Counted from the stretch's first letter, positions 18,460 to 28,849 are shown. The stretch is 64,000 nt of DNA from an uncultured delta proteobacterium (GCA_963767925.1 CAVYGB010000008.1:2944001-3008000); one strand, 5' to 3'. Numbers and translations: made by a program. The notes: generated by a model not told the origin, from the sequence alone.

Positions 18460-19392
18460 TCAGGCCGCTCGCAGGTCGAGGGCGGCGTGGAGATAGGTGG
18501 TGATGCCGGGGACGTCGTTGTTCAGCCAGGGGGCCGGGTCGTGGGGGTTGAAGCGCCAGAAGAGGGTCGGGGCGCGGAGGTGCTGGCGGAAGCTCGCCCA
18601 CCAGGGGAAGGTCTCCAGGCAGACCGCCCAGGTGCCGTGGTGGTGGTGCTGGTAGTCTTCCATCTCGCCGGTGAAGGTGTCAAAGTGGCGGCTGGCCAGG
18701 CGACCGTAGCGCGCGCGCGGCTGGGCGCGGGCGAAGGCCCGGCAAAGATCGCGGTAGGTGCGAGCGCTGGGGGCGTCCTCGACGTGGGCGGGGATGAGAC
18801 GGCCCATGAAGCAGTGGCCGTTGGTCGCGGCCACCAGGGGGTGCTCGTCGAGCAGCCGGGCCAGGGCGGCGGTCTCGGGCTCGGACAGCGGGCCCGCGCC
18901 GACGTAGGTGGCGGCCCCCGGCCGGGTGGATCCCGCCCCGGGCAGGGCCAGCCGGCGGCGCCCCGCGGGCAGGGGGAAGTTGCGGTTGAGGTCCACCCCG
19001 CGGGCGTTGGGGCGCAGCTCGGTCAGGCGCCCCACACCGCCCCGCTCCCAGACCCGGGCGTAGCCGTCGGGATTGATGCAGGGGATGACCCACAGCTCGG
19101 CCCGCTCGCGCAGCCGGCGCAGCTCCGGGTCGGCCTCGGCCCGCTCGAGCAGGGCCAGCACGACCGCGGTGGCCACGTATTCGGGGCCGTGGATCCCGCC
19201 CGAGACCAGCACCCGCGCCGCCGGACGCTGCTCGCCGCGCCCGAGCTGGGGCAGCCGCCCGGCGTGCAGCGCCCGCCCCTCCACGCTCAGCCCGTAGCGG
19301 ACCAGCTCCCCCCCACCCCGCGCCACCAGGGCCTGCAGCCGCCCCTCCCGCGCCTCGGGAGAGAGGTAAGGCGCCAGCGGGCTCGCGCTCAA
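18460..19392 (-). CDS. M14-family zinc carboxypeptidase
   Basis: GIHGPE, INPDG, NARGVDLNRNF, SEPET, GHC, CLE; TTG start overlaps upstream TGA (TTGA). Confidence 0.85.
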   Translation of the reverse strand: MSASPLAPYLSPEAREGRLQALVARGGGELVRYGLSVEGRALHAGRLPQLGRGEQRPAARVLVSGGIHGPEYVATAVVLALLERAEADPELRRLRERAELWVIPCINPDGYARVWERGGVGRLTELRPNARGVDLNRNFPLPAGRRRLALPGAGSTRPGAATYVGAGPLSEPETAALARLLDEHPLVAATNGHCFMGRLIPAHVEDAPSARTYRDLCRAFARAQPRARYGRLASRHFDTFTGEMEDYQHHHHGTWAVCLETFPWWASFRQHLRAPTLFWRFNPHDPAPWLNNDVPGITTYLHAALDLRAA

Positions 19393-20840
19393 GAGCGCCG
19401 GCGGAGGCAGGCCAGGCCGAGCACGAGCATGATCGCGGCCAGCGCCAGCAGGCCGCCGTCGGCCGGGCCCCCGCCTGCGCCGGGACCGCCGCCGCCGATG
19501 AAGCAGCCCAGGCGGGGCCGGGGCGCCTCGACCGGCGCGCTCGAGGGGCCGGAGCCGCCCGAGGGCGTCGTGGTGGGCCCCGGAGTGGGACCCGGACCGG
19601 TGGGGGGCGCGCCGGCGTCGACCCCGGGGGCCCCGCCGTCGGCCTTCTGGGTGGCCGCCGCCTCCGCCGCCTCCTGCGAGGTGAGGCAGAAGCCGTTCAT
19701 GCACATGCGGCCTTCCATGCAGAGGTTCGACCCGTTGTCGACAACCCCGTCGCAGTCGTCGTCGAAGGCGTTGCAGGTCTCGACCCGGGGCGGCCCCGGG
19801 ACGCAGGCCGAGGCCTCGCAGGTGGGCGACAGGCGCCGGCACCAGCCCTGGCCACAGGCCGCCCGGGCCCCGTCGTCGACGCGCCCGTTGCAGTCGTCGT
19901 CCCGGGAGTTGCAGGTCTCCTTGACCCCGGGGTGGACTTCCTTGTTCATATCGTCGCAGTCGTCCCGGCTCGAGGAGAAGCCGAAGCCCGACCCGCAGCC
20001 CATCTTCGACTCGCCGAAGCGGCCGCCGTAGCCGTCGCCGTCCTCGTCCCGGTAGACCATCACCCCGTCGAGCCCCTCGTTGATCATCCCGTCGCAGTCG
20101 TCGTCGTAGAGGTTGCAGGTCTCGACGCCCATCGGGTTGGCCCGCCGGTCGTAGTCGTTGCAGTCACCCGGCTTGAGCGTGTAGCTGGGCGGCAGCGTGC
20201 AAAAGCGACTCGGCCCCCGCAGGTCGGGGATGCCCCAGCCGTCGCCGTCCTGGTCCAGGTAGGCGTCGACCCCCTCACCCTCACAGCCGAAAGAGACGTT
20301 GAAGCGGACGATCCCCTCCGAATCGCCCCCGCTCCCGCCGTTGCGGTTGGAGGAAACGGCGGCCACGTCGAACTCCACCCCCCCCGGCTCGCCGGGCGCG
20401 GTCCAGCGGATGCGAAAGATCGTCTCGTTCCCGTCGGCCGCCTTGGGCGAGGTGTGGGTGGCCTGGGTGTTGGCGGTCTTCTTCATCCCCCCGCCGTCGA
20501 CCTCGGTGAAGCTGCCCTTGTTGTTCGAGCTGAGGAACAGCCCGGCGGTGGGGCCGTTGACGGCGGGAATGTGGATCGACAGCACCGCGCTCTGACCCGG
20601 GGCGATGCGGGCCGGCTCGATCGTGACCCGCGGCTTGAAGGTCTGACCGCCCTTGTGGCAGCCGGAGCAGGAGTCGGTGGGAAACCCGTTCTCCTTGGCC
20701 GCGCTCTCGCGCGCAGCGAGGCTGATGCCGCAGAGCACTACCAGCGAAAAAAGCGTCTGCCTCAAAACCAGCGCATGGTAGCCCAAACGCGCACCGTCAG
20801 GCGAGCGCCGCGCGAAGCCGGGCCGTGAAAAACGCGTCAT
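19389..20840 (-). CDS. Secreted protein: Reeler-like domain with CxxCH, MopE-type Cys/Asp repeats, MYXO-CTERM-like anchor
   Basis: CSGCH, WTAP, repeats DCND..P..ETCN..DDDCDG, C-terminal GC..(hydrophobic)..RRRS; true start may lie about 70 nt downstream. Confidence 0.75.
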   Translation of the reverse strand: MTRFSRPGFARRSPDGARLGYHALVLRQTLFSLVVLCGISLAARESAAKENGFPTDSCSGCHKGGQTFKPRVTIEPARIAPGQSAVLSIHIPAVNGPTAGLFLSSNNKGSFTEVDGGGMKKTANTQATHTSPKAADGNETIFRIRWTAPGEPGGVEFDVAAVSSNRNGGSGGDSEGIVRFNVSFGCEGEGVDAYLDQDGDGWGIPDLRGPSRFCTLPPSYTLKPGDCNDYDRRANPMGVETCNLYDDDCDGMINEGLDGVMVYRDEDGDGYGGRFGESKMGCGSGFGFSSSRDDCDDMNKEVHPGVKETCNSRDDDCNGRVDDGARAACGQGWCRRLSPTCEASACVPGPPRVETCNAFDDDCDGVVDNGSNLCMEGRMCMNGFCLTSQEAAEAAATQKADGGAPGVDAGAPPTGPGPTPGPTTTPSGGSGPSSAPVEAPRPRLGCFIGGGGPGAGGGPADGGLLALAAIMLVLGLACLRRRS

Positions 20841-20915
20841 TTTTTCCGCCAGGACCCTGGGATCCTTCAGATAAGTGCCGCCGCGCCTACATCGGCGCCA
20901 GAAAAAACACCTGCG

Positions 20916-23195
20916 CTAGTTCTCGATCTCTGGCGGCTCGATCTGGGGCGGACGGAAGGTGATCCGTCGGACCCAGGCCATGCATTCGGCCTCGCTCATG
21001 CTCCGCCCCACGACGTCGAACAGGAGCGGCTCGGTCAGCGCGAGATTGTACTCCTCCTCGGTCAGGCGCCCGCGCTCGTAGGTGCGGGTCAAGATCCGCC
21101 GCACGTATTTGTCCCAGGGGGGGAAGGGCTGGCCGTGGCAATACTGGATGTAGCGCCGCTTGGGGCTGGGCAGGATCGAGGAGAAGAAGGCCGCCTGCAG
21201 GGGGGTGAGCTCCGAGGGGTGCTTGTTGAAGTAGTGGCGCGCCGCCGGGCCGATGCCGTAGAGCCGCGGCCCGAACTCGATGGCGTTGAAGTAGAGCTCG
21301 AGGATGCGCTCCTTGGGGAGCTGCTGCTCGATGACCCACACCAGGAACAGCTCCTGCAGCTTGCGCGAGAGGGTCTTCTCCCGGGACAGGAGCACGTTCT
21401 TCACCATCTGCATGGTGATCGAGGAGGCCCCCAGCCGGAACCCGCCGCCGGCCAGGTTGCGGCGCAGGGCGGTCTTGAACTCCGAGGAGACCCAGCCCCG
21501 GTGCCGGAAGAAGCCGTTGTCCTCGGTGGTCATGATCGACCCGATGAGGTAGGGCGACAGCTTGTCGTAGGTGACGAAGTTGGGGTTCTCGGGGCCGACC
21601 GAGAAAGCCATCAGCTCGGTGGCGCCGGGGGAAGCGTTGCGGTCGGCCGAGGGGATCTCGACGATCTGGGTGATCGATCCCGGACCGCCCAGGGCCAGCA
21701 CCTCTTCGGGCGCCTTGACCACCCGGCAGCCGTCGATGGCCACCTTGCCCTCGAGCTCGATGGCCTCCAGGTTGGCGTAGTCGATCTTTGTCGAGACGTT
21801 GGCCTCGAACATCCCCTGCAGCACGAAGCCCTGCAGGTGAGGGATGACCGGACCGGGGATGCTCTCGATCAGCTTGGCGCAGCCGATGCGGGGCACCTTC
21901 AGGTTGATCTCGATCTTGGGGACCATCGGCAGCTCGGTGCCGTCGGTGAACTTGAACTTGCCGGGCGCCAGCTCGACCGCGCCCGAGAGGGTGCCGGTGA
22001 GCGCCCGGGTCCGGCCCTCGAAGCGCGTCAGCTCGAGCCGCCGGCGCTCCGGGTCGAGGGTGCCGTCGAGGACCAGGGCCAGGTTCAGGTTGCGGACGGG
22101 GGCGCTCGAGACCGCCTCGTGCTCGAGGCTGAGGCCGGCCACGTCGAGGTTGCCGGAGAAGCCCAGCTTCCCCTCGGCGTAGCGCAGGTCCAGGGCGGCG
22201 TTGACCATCGTGCTTGCCGGGCTGAGGATCGAGGGGGGCAAGATGTCGCGGATGCGGTCGAGGGTGAACTGGGCCGCCCGCACGTTGATGGCCAGCTCGG
22301 CCCCCCGCCCGTCGCCACCGTCCGGTGGCTTGACCTCGCCGGTGGCGCGCCAGAGCGACTCGCGGGCGCCGCCGTAGCTGCCCTGCAGGCTGACCACCAG
22401 GGGCTGGGGGGCGGAGGCGTTGTCGCTGGCCCCTGGCGCCGGCCGGATGGTCCCCCGGATGCCGGTGAGGCCCAGCTCCGGCAAGGGCTCGACATAGCCG
22501 CCCGAGACCTCCACGGTGGGCAGGGGCAAGGGGCGCATGCCCCGCAGGGGCACCTGCACGCGCACGCTGGAGGCCCCGAAGCGGGGATCGCTGTCGCCGC
22601 CGCGCAGGCGCACGATGCCCGCCGACACGCCCGTCTCGATCAGCAACTCTCGCCCCGGCCACAGCTCGACGCGAAGGCTCTCGACGACCAGGGCCGCGCC
22701 CCGGGCCACGTCGCGCGCGCGCAGGCTGCCGCTGCGGACGGCAACCGCCGCCACCCGCGGGGGGGCGGGATCGCCCCGCGTCTCGGCCGGCGCCTTCGGG
22801 CGGGAGGCCCGGGCGGCCAGCTTGCCGAGCAGCACCTTCGTGTTGTCGGTGGGGCCGCCCCGCTCGATCTCCAGCTTGAGCCCGTCGACCAGCACCTGGC
22901 CCCGGCCCCAGGCGGCCGCGTAGGGGATGCGGATGCGCTCGGCCTGGGCCACCGGGGCGCGCCCGGCCTCGCCGATGCGCAGCCCGTGCAGGGTGACGGT
23001 GGTGAGACCGGCCCGTCCCTTCTCGATCGACACCCCCACCCCCAGCCGTTCGGCCAGGGCGGCCTGGCCGATGCTGGCGGCCAGCGCGCCCCCCCAGAAG
23101 GGGAAGGTCGCCAGCACGACGAGCAACGCGACTCCGCCGATCAGCAGGCGCCGGTCGGCTCGAGCGACGCGGATGGGCGGCTCACGCCAGAGCAT
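20916..23195 (-). CDS. Peptidoglycan transglycosylase (GT51) with a long N-terminal extension and no transpeptidase domain
   Basis: EDNGFFRHRG, GASSITMQMVKN, RKLQE, KERILELYFN; N-terminal TM helix. Confidence 0.88.
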   Translation of the reverse strand: MLWREPPIRVARADRRLLIGGVALLVVLATFPFWGGALAASIGQAALAERLGVGVSIEKGRAGLTTVTLHGLRIGEAGRAPVAQAERIRIPYAAAWGRGQVLVDGLKLEIERGGPTDNTKVLLGKLAARASRPKAPAETRGDPAPPRVAAVAVRSGSLRARDVARGAALVVESLRVELWPGRELLIETGVSAGIVRLRGGDSDPRFGASSVRVQVPLRGMRPLPLPTVEVSGGYVEPLPELGLTGIRGTIRPAPGASDNASAPQPLVVSLQGSYGGARESLWRATGEVKPPDGGDGRGAELAINVRAAQFTLDRIRDILPPSILSPASTMVNAALDLRYAEGKLGFSGNLDVAGLSLEHEAVSSAPVRNLNLALVLDGTLDPERRRLELTRFEGRTRALTGTLSGAVELAPGKFKFTDGTELPMVPKIEINLKVPRIGCAKLIESIPGPVIPHLQGFVLQGMFEANVSTKIDYANLEAIELEGKVAIDGCRVVKAPEEVLALGGPGSITQIVEIPSADRNASPGATELMAFSVGPENPNFVTYDKLSPYLIGSIMTTEDNGFFRHRGWVSSEFKTALRRNLAGGGFRLGASSITMQMVKNVLLSREKTLSRKLQELFLVWVIEQQLPKERILELYFNAIEFGPRLYGIGPAARHYFNKHPSELTPLQAAFFSSILPSPKRRYIQYCHGQPFPPWDKYVRRILTRTYERGRLTEEEYNLALTEPLLFDVVGRSMSEAECMAWVRRITFRPPQIEPPEIEN

Positions 23196-23314
23196 GGAGA
23201 AAAAACATGATATGCCACGGCCAACGCCGCCCTCAAAGCGGAGACGCCCCGGCAGCGTCTGGCGGTCGCTGCGGCGGGGCGTCCCCTCGTGTTCCCGTCG
23301 GGTTTCGAGGCGCG

Positions 23315-23986
23315 TCAGGCGGCCAGCGCGGCCAGCTCGGGCTCCATGGCGGCCTGCAGCTCCTCGGCGAGCCGCTTGCGGGCGTGGTGCAGGCGCGACA
23401 TCACGGTGCCGATCGGGCAGGCCGAGATCTGGGCGATCTCCTCATAGGAGTGCTCCTCGATCTCGCGCAGAGTGACCGTCTGGCGGTGAGCCGGCGACAG
23501 CTCGGCCAGGGCTCCGTGCACCAGCCGGTGGGCCTCGCTCCGGGCCAGGACGCGCTCGGGCGTCTCGCTGGTGGCCGGCTCGGGCCGCGGCGGGCGCTCG
23601 CCGCCCTCCTCCTCGCCGCCCAGTGTGCTCGGCCGGCACGCCCGGCGCCTCAACATGTCGAGGCTGCTGTTCATGACGATCCGATGGATCCAGGTGGCGA
23701 AGGCCGAGCGCCCCTCGAAGCGCCCCAGGTTGCGCCAGGCCTTCAGGAAGGCCTCCTGGACCGCGTCCTCGGCGTCGTCGGGATCGTGAAGCACCTTGAT
23801 GGCGACGGCCAGGGCGCGCGGCCGCGCTTCGGCCAGCAGCTGCTCGAACGCGCGGGTGTCTCCCGCGAGCGCGCGCCGGATCAGCTCGGCGTGCACGGCC
23901 GCCACGGTGGTCTGTGGCGTTCTTGCAGGTGCGCTGGGCGCAACCGGGCCATCGATCGGGCTGAAAGCCGCAAAACCGTTTTCCAT
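23315..23986 (-). CDS. ECF RNA polymerase sigma factor
   Basis: DAEDAVQEAF, FATWIHRI, SYEEIA..GTVMSRLHHAR; ATG preceded by GGGAGAGG. Confidence 0.92.
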   Translation of the reverse strand: MENGFAAFSPIDGPVAPSAPARTPQTTVAAVHAELIRRALAGDTRAFEQLLAEARPRALAVAIKVLHDPDDAEDAVQEAFLKAWRNLGRFEGRSAFATWIHRIVMNSSLDMLRRRACRPSTLGGEEEGGERPPRPEPATSETPERVLARSEAHRLVHGALAELSPAHRQTVTLREIEEHSYEEIAQISACPIGTVMSRLHHARKRLAEELQAAMEPELAALAA

Positions 23987-24134
23987 GCCTCTCCCTTTTG
24001 CAACCCTCGGACCCATTCTCGATGGGGCCGGTAAAGGGGTGCCCACATGTCTCCGGACGGCCTTCGACGCAATCTCTGCGGAGTGTCCGGGACCGCGCGT
24101 CCTTTACGCGCTACTATTCTGGCCTGCGGGGATC

Positions 24135-27100
24135 ATGAGCGAGATCGACAGGATCCGCGGTTTTTTGCGAGAAGTACGGCGGCGGGCTTACTGGGAAGCG
24201 TCGCTCCGGCTCGGCGGAATCACGCTGGCGGCGATCCTCGTGACGCTGTTCGTGATGGCGCTGTGCGCGTCCCACATTGGCCCAGCGGGCTTCTGGCCGA
24301 AAGTCACGGTCACAGTGTTGATAATTCTCACACTGCTGGGCGTCGCGGCTGGCGCGTTCGGTCCGATCCGGAGGCTGCGCAGCGAGGTTGGCGTGGCCCG
24401 CTTCGTCGGCCGCCGGCATCCGCCCCTGGCCAGCGACCTGCTGTCGGCGGTCGAGCTGGCCGGAACCGAGGCGCCCACCCGGGGGACGTCGACGACCATC
24501 CTGCGCGCCTTCCTCGACTCGGTCGCCACCGCGGTGACCCCCGTCGATCTGCGCCGCCTGGTCCCGTTCCGGCCGGCCGCGCTGGCGGGAAGCGCCGTGG
24601 GCGCCGCCGGGCTGCTGCTCCTGCTGACCGCCCTCCTCCTGCCCGGCACGGTCGCCCGGGGCCTGGGCCTGCTTCTGAGGGTGCCCACCCGCTTCGAGGG
24701 GGCGGTGGTCTCGAACGAGCCGCTCATCGGCGACGTGCGCATCTCTTATAGCTATCCCCCCTACACCGGCCTGCCCGGTCGGGTGGTGGAGGGCTCGACC
24801 GGCGACATCGTCGCGGTCAAGGGGACCCAGGTCGTGCTCGAGACCCGGCTGCTGCGGAGCGCGCGCGAGGCCCTGCTCCTGCTGGGCGACGCCGGCGACG
24901 CGGGCGAGCGGCCGGTCGAGCTGCTCGATGGCCGGCTGCGCGCCACCTTCAAGCTCGAGGAGAGCGGCAGCTACCGGGTCTGGCTGTCGCCGCTGCTGGG
25001 GCGGCCGGTGCGGGAGGCGCGCGCCCACCGCATCGTCGCCGAGCCCGACCAGGCGCCCCGGGTGGAGATCTTCGGCCCCGCCGATCGGCTCGAGCTGGCG
25101 ACCCCCCGGCCCATCGAGGTGGGGTTCTCGGCCACCGACGACTTCGGGCTGGGCCCGGTCGAGCTTATCTACCGGGTCGAGGACGGCGCCGAGCAGCGCA
25201 TCCGTCTCAAGGAGGGCGCCCCCGGCATGCGCGCCACCCAGGGCCGCACCGTCTTCGAGCCCAACCTCGACCGGGCGGCGCCCGGCTCGCGGGTCGCCTA
25301 TCGGGTCGAGGCCAAGGACAACGACGGCGTCTCGGGCAACAAGACCGGCTCTTCCCGAACCCTCTACCTCGTGATCGCCGACCCGCGCGAGAGCCTCGAC
25401 GAGCAGCTCCTGCGCGAGCGGGAGATCCTCGATCAGCTCCTCGACAACCTGGCCGACCGGCTCGAGGCCCTCGACCCCGAGCCGGAGGGGGCCCGCCCGG
25501 CGGCCAGCGGGGCGGCGCGCTGGTCGGGCGCCTCCTCGTCGAGCTGGGACGCCTCGAGCAAGCTGGTCCCCTGGTTCGCCGCCCACGAGGCCCTGGAGTC
25601 GCACGTCGCCGCCCTGGGGCGGATCATCGACGACGAGCGGCGGGCGGGCAGCGGGTCCAAGGCGGTCCTGGCCGCCCTGTCCTCGATCGCCGACCGCCTG
25701 GCCCGCCGCCTGCGGGAGGAGTCGGCGCTGCTGGGCAGCTTGCGCGGCCGGGCCCACCTGAGCCTCAGCAACCCGGAGACCCCCGGGGGCAGCAGCTACG
25801 ACCGCCTGCTGAAACACGAGGCCAAACACGCCGAGGAGCTCGAGACCGCGGTCCTGCTGCTCGACGATCTGATCGGGCGGCAGCGGCTCGAGGATCTGGC
25901 CGACATGGCCAAGACCCTGGCCGACACCTACAAGCGCCTTCAGGACCTCCTGAGCCGCTACCAGGCGACAAAGGACGAGGCCCTGCGCCGCCAGATCGAG
26001 CGGGAGATCCGGGACCTGCAAGCCCGCATCGAGCAGCTCGGCAGCAAGATCGCCGCCCTCAAGGCCCGCAACGAGGTCCCCAGCGAGTGGCAGAACATGC
26101 CCGACCTGAGCAAGGCCATGGAGCGGGCCAGCGCGTTCTCCAACCTGCTCGAAAAGGGTGACCCCAAGTCGCTGCAGAAGGCCCTGTCCGATCTGGGCAG
26201 CGCCCTGGGCGACGTGCGCAAGATGCTCGAGGGCAACGCCGAGTCGTTCGGGGAGAACCGCTTCGCCCAGGAGAACAAGGCGGTGTCCGAGGCCCTCCGT
26301 CAGATCGGGGAGCTGGAGAGCGACGAGCGCATGCTGGCCGGGGACAGCTCGGCCCTGGCCGAGGAGACCGAGCAGCAGGCGGCCAAGGCCCGGGCGGCCG
26401 AGATGGACCGCTTTCTGGCCGAGGCCCGGGACAAGGCGGAGAAGCTCCGCCGGCGGCTCGGCAAGTCCGCCCCCGAGGACCTGTCGGAGGACGGGCAGGA
26501 CGAGCTCAAGCGGGCCCAGGAGAGCGCCAAGCAGCTCCGCCGCCTTCTGGGTGAGCACGAGTGGGGCGAAGGGAAGAAGGAGGCCGAGCGCGCGGTCTCC
26601 AGCCTGCGCCGGCTGCGCCGCGAGCTGGACCGGCGCGAGCAGAAGAACCCGGGCCCCTCGGCCGAGGGCGAGGAGTTCTCGGAGTCGATGGGCGAGGCCC
26701 GGAGCATCGCCCAGGAGATCGCCTCGGACCTCGAGAAGCTGACCCCCCGGCCAGGTGAAGGCATGAGCGGAGAGCAGCGCGGGCGGGCCCAGGGCATGGC
26801 CCAGCGGCAGCGGAGCCTGGCCGAGCGGGCCGAGGAGCTGGCCCGGGAGGCGTCCCGCAACGCCGGCAAGGCGGGCGGCCTGGACCAGGCGGCCAGCGAG
26901 CTGCGCGAGGTGGGCGAGCAGATGGGGCAGGCCCAGCAAGACATGTCGCGCGGCGATCCCCGCGAGGGCAGCGGCAAGGCCCGGGAGGCCGCCGACCGCC
27001 TGGCCAAGCTGCGGGACGAGCTGCGCGATGGCCGCCGGGAATCGAGCGGGCGCAACCGCCGCGAGCCGGTGCGCATCCCGGGCGCCGACGAGAGCAAGGC

Positions 27101-27203
27101 CCCCCGCGAGTGGCGCCAGGAGCTGCTCGAGGCCATGCGCGAGCGGGCGCCCGAGCAATACGGGGAGGAGGTTCGCAAGTACTACGAGGAGCTGCGCAAG
27201 TGA
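24135..27203 (+). CDS. DUF4175-like membrane-anchored protein (TM + Ig-like + long coiled coil)
   Basis: N-terminal TMs, YPPYTGLP, DDFGL, AKDND, long Q/E/R-rich helices, ends YGEEVRKYYEEL. Confidence 0.75.
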   Translation: MSEIDRIRGFLREVRRRAYWEASLRLGGITLAAILVTLFVMALCASHIGPAGFWPKVTVTVLIILTLLGVAAGAFGPIRRLRSEVGVARFVGRRHPPLASDLLSAVELAGTEAPTRGTSTTILRAFLDSVATAVTPVDLRRLVPFRPAALAGSAVGAAGLLLLLTALLLPGTVARGLGLLLRVPTRFEGAVVSNEPLIGDVRISYSYPPYTGLPGRVVEGSTGDIVAVKGTQVVLETRLLRSAREALLLLGDAGDAGERPVELLDGRLRATFKLEESGSYRVWLSPLLGRPVREARAHRIVAEPDQAPRVEIFGPADRLELATPRPIEVGFSATDDFGLGPVELIYRVEDGAEQRIRLKEGAPGMRATQGRTVFEPNLDRAAPGSRVAYRVEAKDNDGVSGNKTGSSRTLYLVIADPRESLDEQLLREREILDQLLDNLADRLEALDPEPEGARPAASGAARWSGASSSSWDASSKLVPWFAAHEALESHVAALGRIIDDERRAGSGSKAVLAALSSIADRLARRLREESALLGSLRGRAHLSLSNPETPGGSSYDRLLKHEAKHAEELETAVLLLDDLIGRQRLEDLADMAKTLADTYKRLQDLLSRYQATKDEALRRQIEREIRDLQARIEQLGSKIAALKARNEVPSEWQNMPDLSKAMERASAFSNLLEKGDPKSLQKALSDLGSALGDVRKMLEGNAESFGENRFAQENKAVSEALRQIGELESDERMLAGDSSALAEETEQQAAKARAAEMDRFLAEARDKAEKLRRRLGKSAPEDLSEDGQDELKRAQESAKQLRRLLGEHEWGEGKKEAERAVSSLRRLRRELDRREQKNPGPSAEGEEFSESMGEARSIAQEIASDLEKLTPRPGEGMSGEQRGRAQGMAQRQRSLAERAEELAREASRNAGKAGGLDQAASELREVGEQMGQAQQDMSRGDPREGSGKAREAADRLAKLRDELRDGRRESSGRNRREPVRIPGADESKAPREWRQELLEAMRERAPEQYGEEVRKYYEELRK

Positions 27204-28849
27204 TCACCCGCGGTCTGACCCTCCTCTTGCCGCTCGTCGCCGCCCTGGCGACCCCCGCCGGGGCCCAGGCCCCCGCCGCCGGTCCCCCCGCGGCGGTGAA
27301 CCAGTCGCTGGCCAAGGGCACCGGCAAGTACCTGCCCACCGAGGACGGGGCCAAGGTCGAGCGTCTGCTCGACGAGTGGCGCTTCGCCGAGGGGGAGGCC
27401 GCCCTGTCCGCCCTCGGCGCCAGCCGGGGCAGCACGGCCGAGGTGCTCTACCTGGGCGGCTACGCCCGCTTCCTGGCCGGCGACTACCCCGCCGGGGTGG
27501 CCAAGCTGCAGGCGGCGCTCGAGCTGGCCCCCGACGACAACAACATCAAGAGCCTCGGCGCGCTGGTGGCGGCGGCCCAGAAGGCCGTCGAGGGGCACAG
27601 CGAGCGGCGATCGAAGCACTTCGTGCTCCGCCATCCTCCCGAGGACGACGTGCTGGCCGAATACGCCCTCGAGGCGCTGGAGGCGGCCCTCGGCAACCTG
27701 AGCGCCGATCTGGGCTTCGTCCCCAGCCGCCCCATCCACGTCGACCTTTACCGGGCCCCCAGCGACCTGGCGGCGGTCTCCACCTTGACCGAGCAGGAGG
27801 TGCAGCGGACCGGCACCATCGCCCTGTGCAAGTGGGGCCGGCTCATGGCCACCAGTCCCCGGGCCCTCAGCTACGGCTATCCCTGGATCGACAGCCTGTC
27901 GCACGAGCTGGTCCACTACGTCGTCTCGGCGCTGTCGCGGGACCGGGCCCCGGTCTGGCTGCAGGAGGGGCTGGCCAAGTTCCTCGAGCGGCGCTGGCGC
28001 GATCCCCCCAGCCCGGCCCTGCCGCCCGTGATGCAGCACCTGCTGGCCAAGGCCCTGGCGGCCAACAAGCTCATCGGGTTCGATCGCATGCACCCCTCGA
28101 TGGCCAAGCTGCCCACCGCCGAGGACGCCTCGCTGGCCTTCGCCGAGGTGGCCACCGCGGTGGCCTCGCTGCACGCCCGGGGCGGGATGCAGGCCCTGCG
28201 CGAGGCGATCGCGGGCGTGCGCGAGGGGCTCGACGCCCGGGCGGCGGTGGCCCAGGCGTCCGGGGGGAGCTGGGCGGAGTTCGAGCGCAACTGGAAGGGC
28301 TTCATGGCCGCCCAGAAGTACCGGACCTTCCCGGGGATGGAGCCGGTCACGCGCAAGTTCCGCAAGTCGGCGGCCATCAACTCCCGCCGGGCCCCGACCG
28401 AGGACGAGGAGATCCTGTCGCTCAACGCGCCGGCCAGGTATTTGCGGCTGGGCAACATGCTCCTGCGCCGGAACCGCCCCCGGGCGGCGGCCATCGAATA
28501 CGAGAAGGGATCGCGGCTGGCGGGCCGCGGGCACTGGCTGTTCGAGGTGAAGCTCGGGCGCACCTACCTCGCCCTGGGGCAGCCCGACCGGGCGATCAAG
28601 GCGGTGTCCGACCTGCTGACCCTGCAGCCCGAGCTGCCCTGGCCGCACCTGATCGCGGGCCAGGCCTTGCTGGAGAAGGGTGAGGCGCAGGCGGCGATCT
28701 CCGCCCTCGAGATGTCGATCGCCACCAACCCGTTCGATCCCGGCGTTCACTGCAGCCTCGCCGAGGCCTACGCCAAGCTCGCGAGCCCCGAGGTCGCCAC
28801 CCGCCGCGCGCGGGCCGAGCGCCACTGCCGCGAGCTGCGCGTCCAGTAA
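27200..28849 (+). CDS. Secreted TPR protein with peptidase MA-like (HEXXH) domain
   Basis: GTGA overlap with upstream stop; signal peptide; HELVH...WLQEGLA; TPR helices on both sides. Confidence 0.78.
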   Translation: MITRGLTLLLPLVAALATPAGAQAPAAGPPAAVNQSLAKGTGKYLPTEDGAKVERLLDEWRFAEGEAALSALGASRGSTAEVLYLGGYARFLAGDYPAGVAKLQAALELAPDDNNIKSLGALVAAAQKAVEGHSERRSKHFVLRHPPEDDVLAEYALEALEAALGNLSADLGFVPSRPIHVDLYRAPSDLAAVSTLTEQEVQRTGTIALCKWGRLMATSPRALSYGYPWIDSLSHELVHYVVSALSRDRAPVWLQEGLAKFLERRWRDPPSPALPPVMQHLLAKALAANKLIGFDRMHPSMAKLPTAEDASLAFAEVATAVASLHARGGMQALREAIAGVREGLDARAAVAQASGGSWAEFERNWKGFMAAQKYRTFPGMEPVTRKFRKSAAINSRRAPTEDEEILSLNAPARYLRLGNMLLRRNRPRAAAIEYEKGSRLAGRGHWLFEVKLGRTYLALGQPDRAIKAVSDLLTLQPELPWPHLIAGQALLEKGEAQAAISALEMSIATNPFDPGVHCSLAEAYAKLASPEVATRRARAERHCRELRVQ

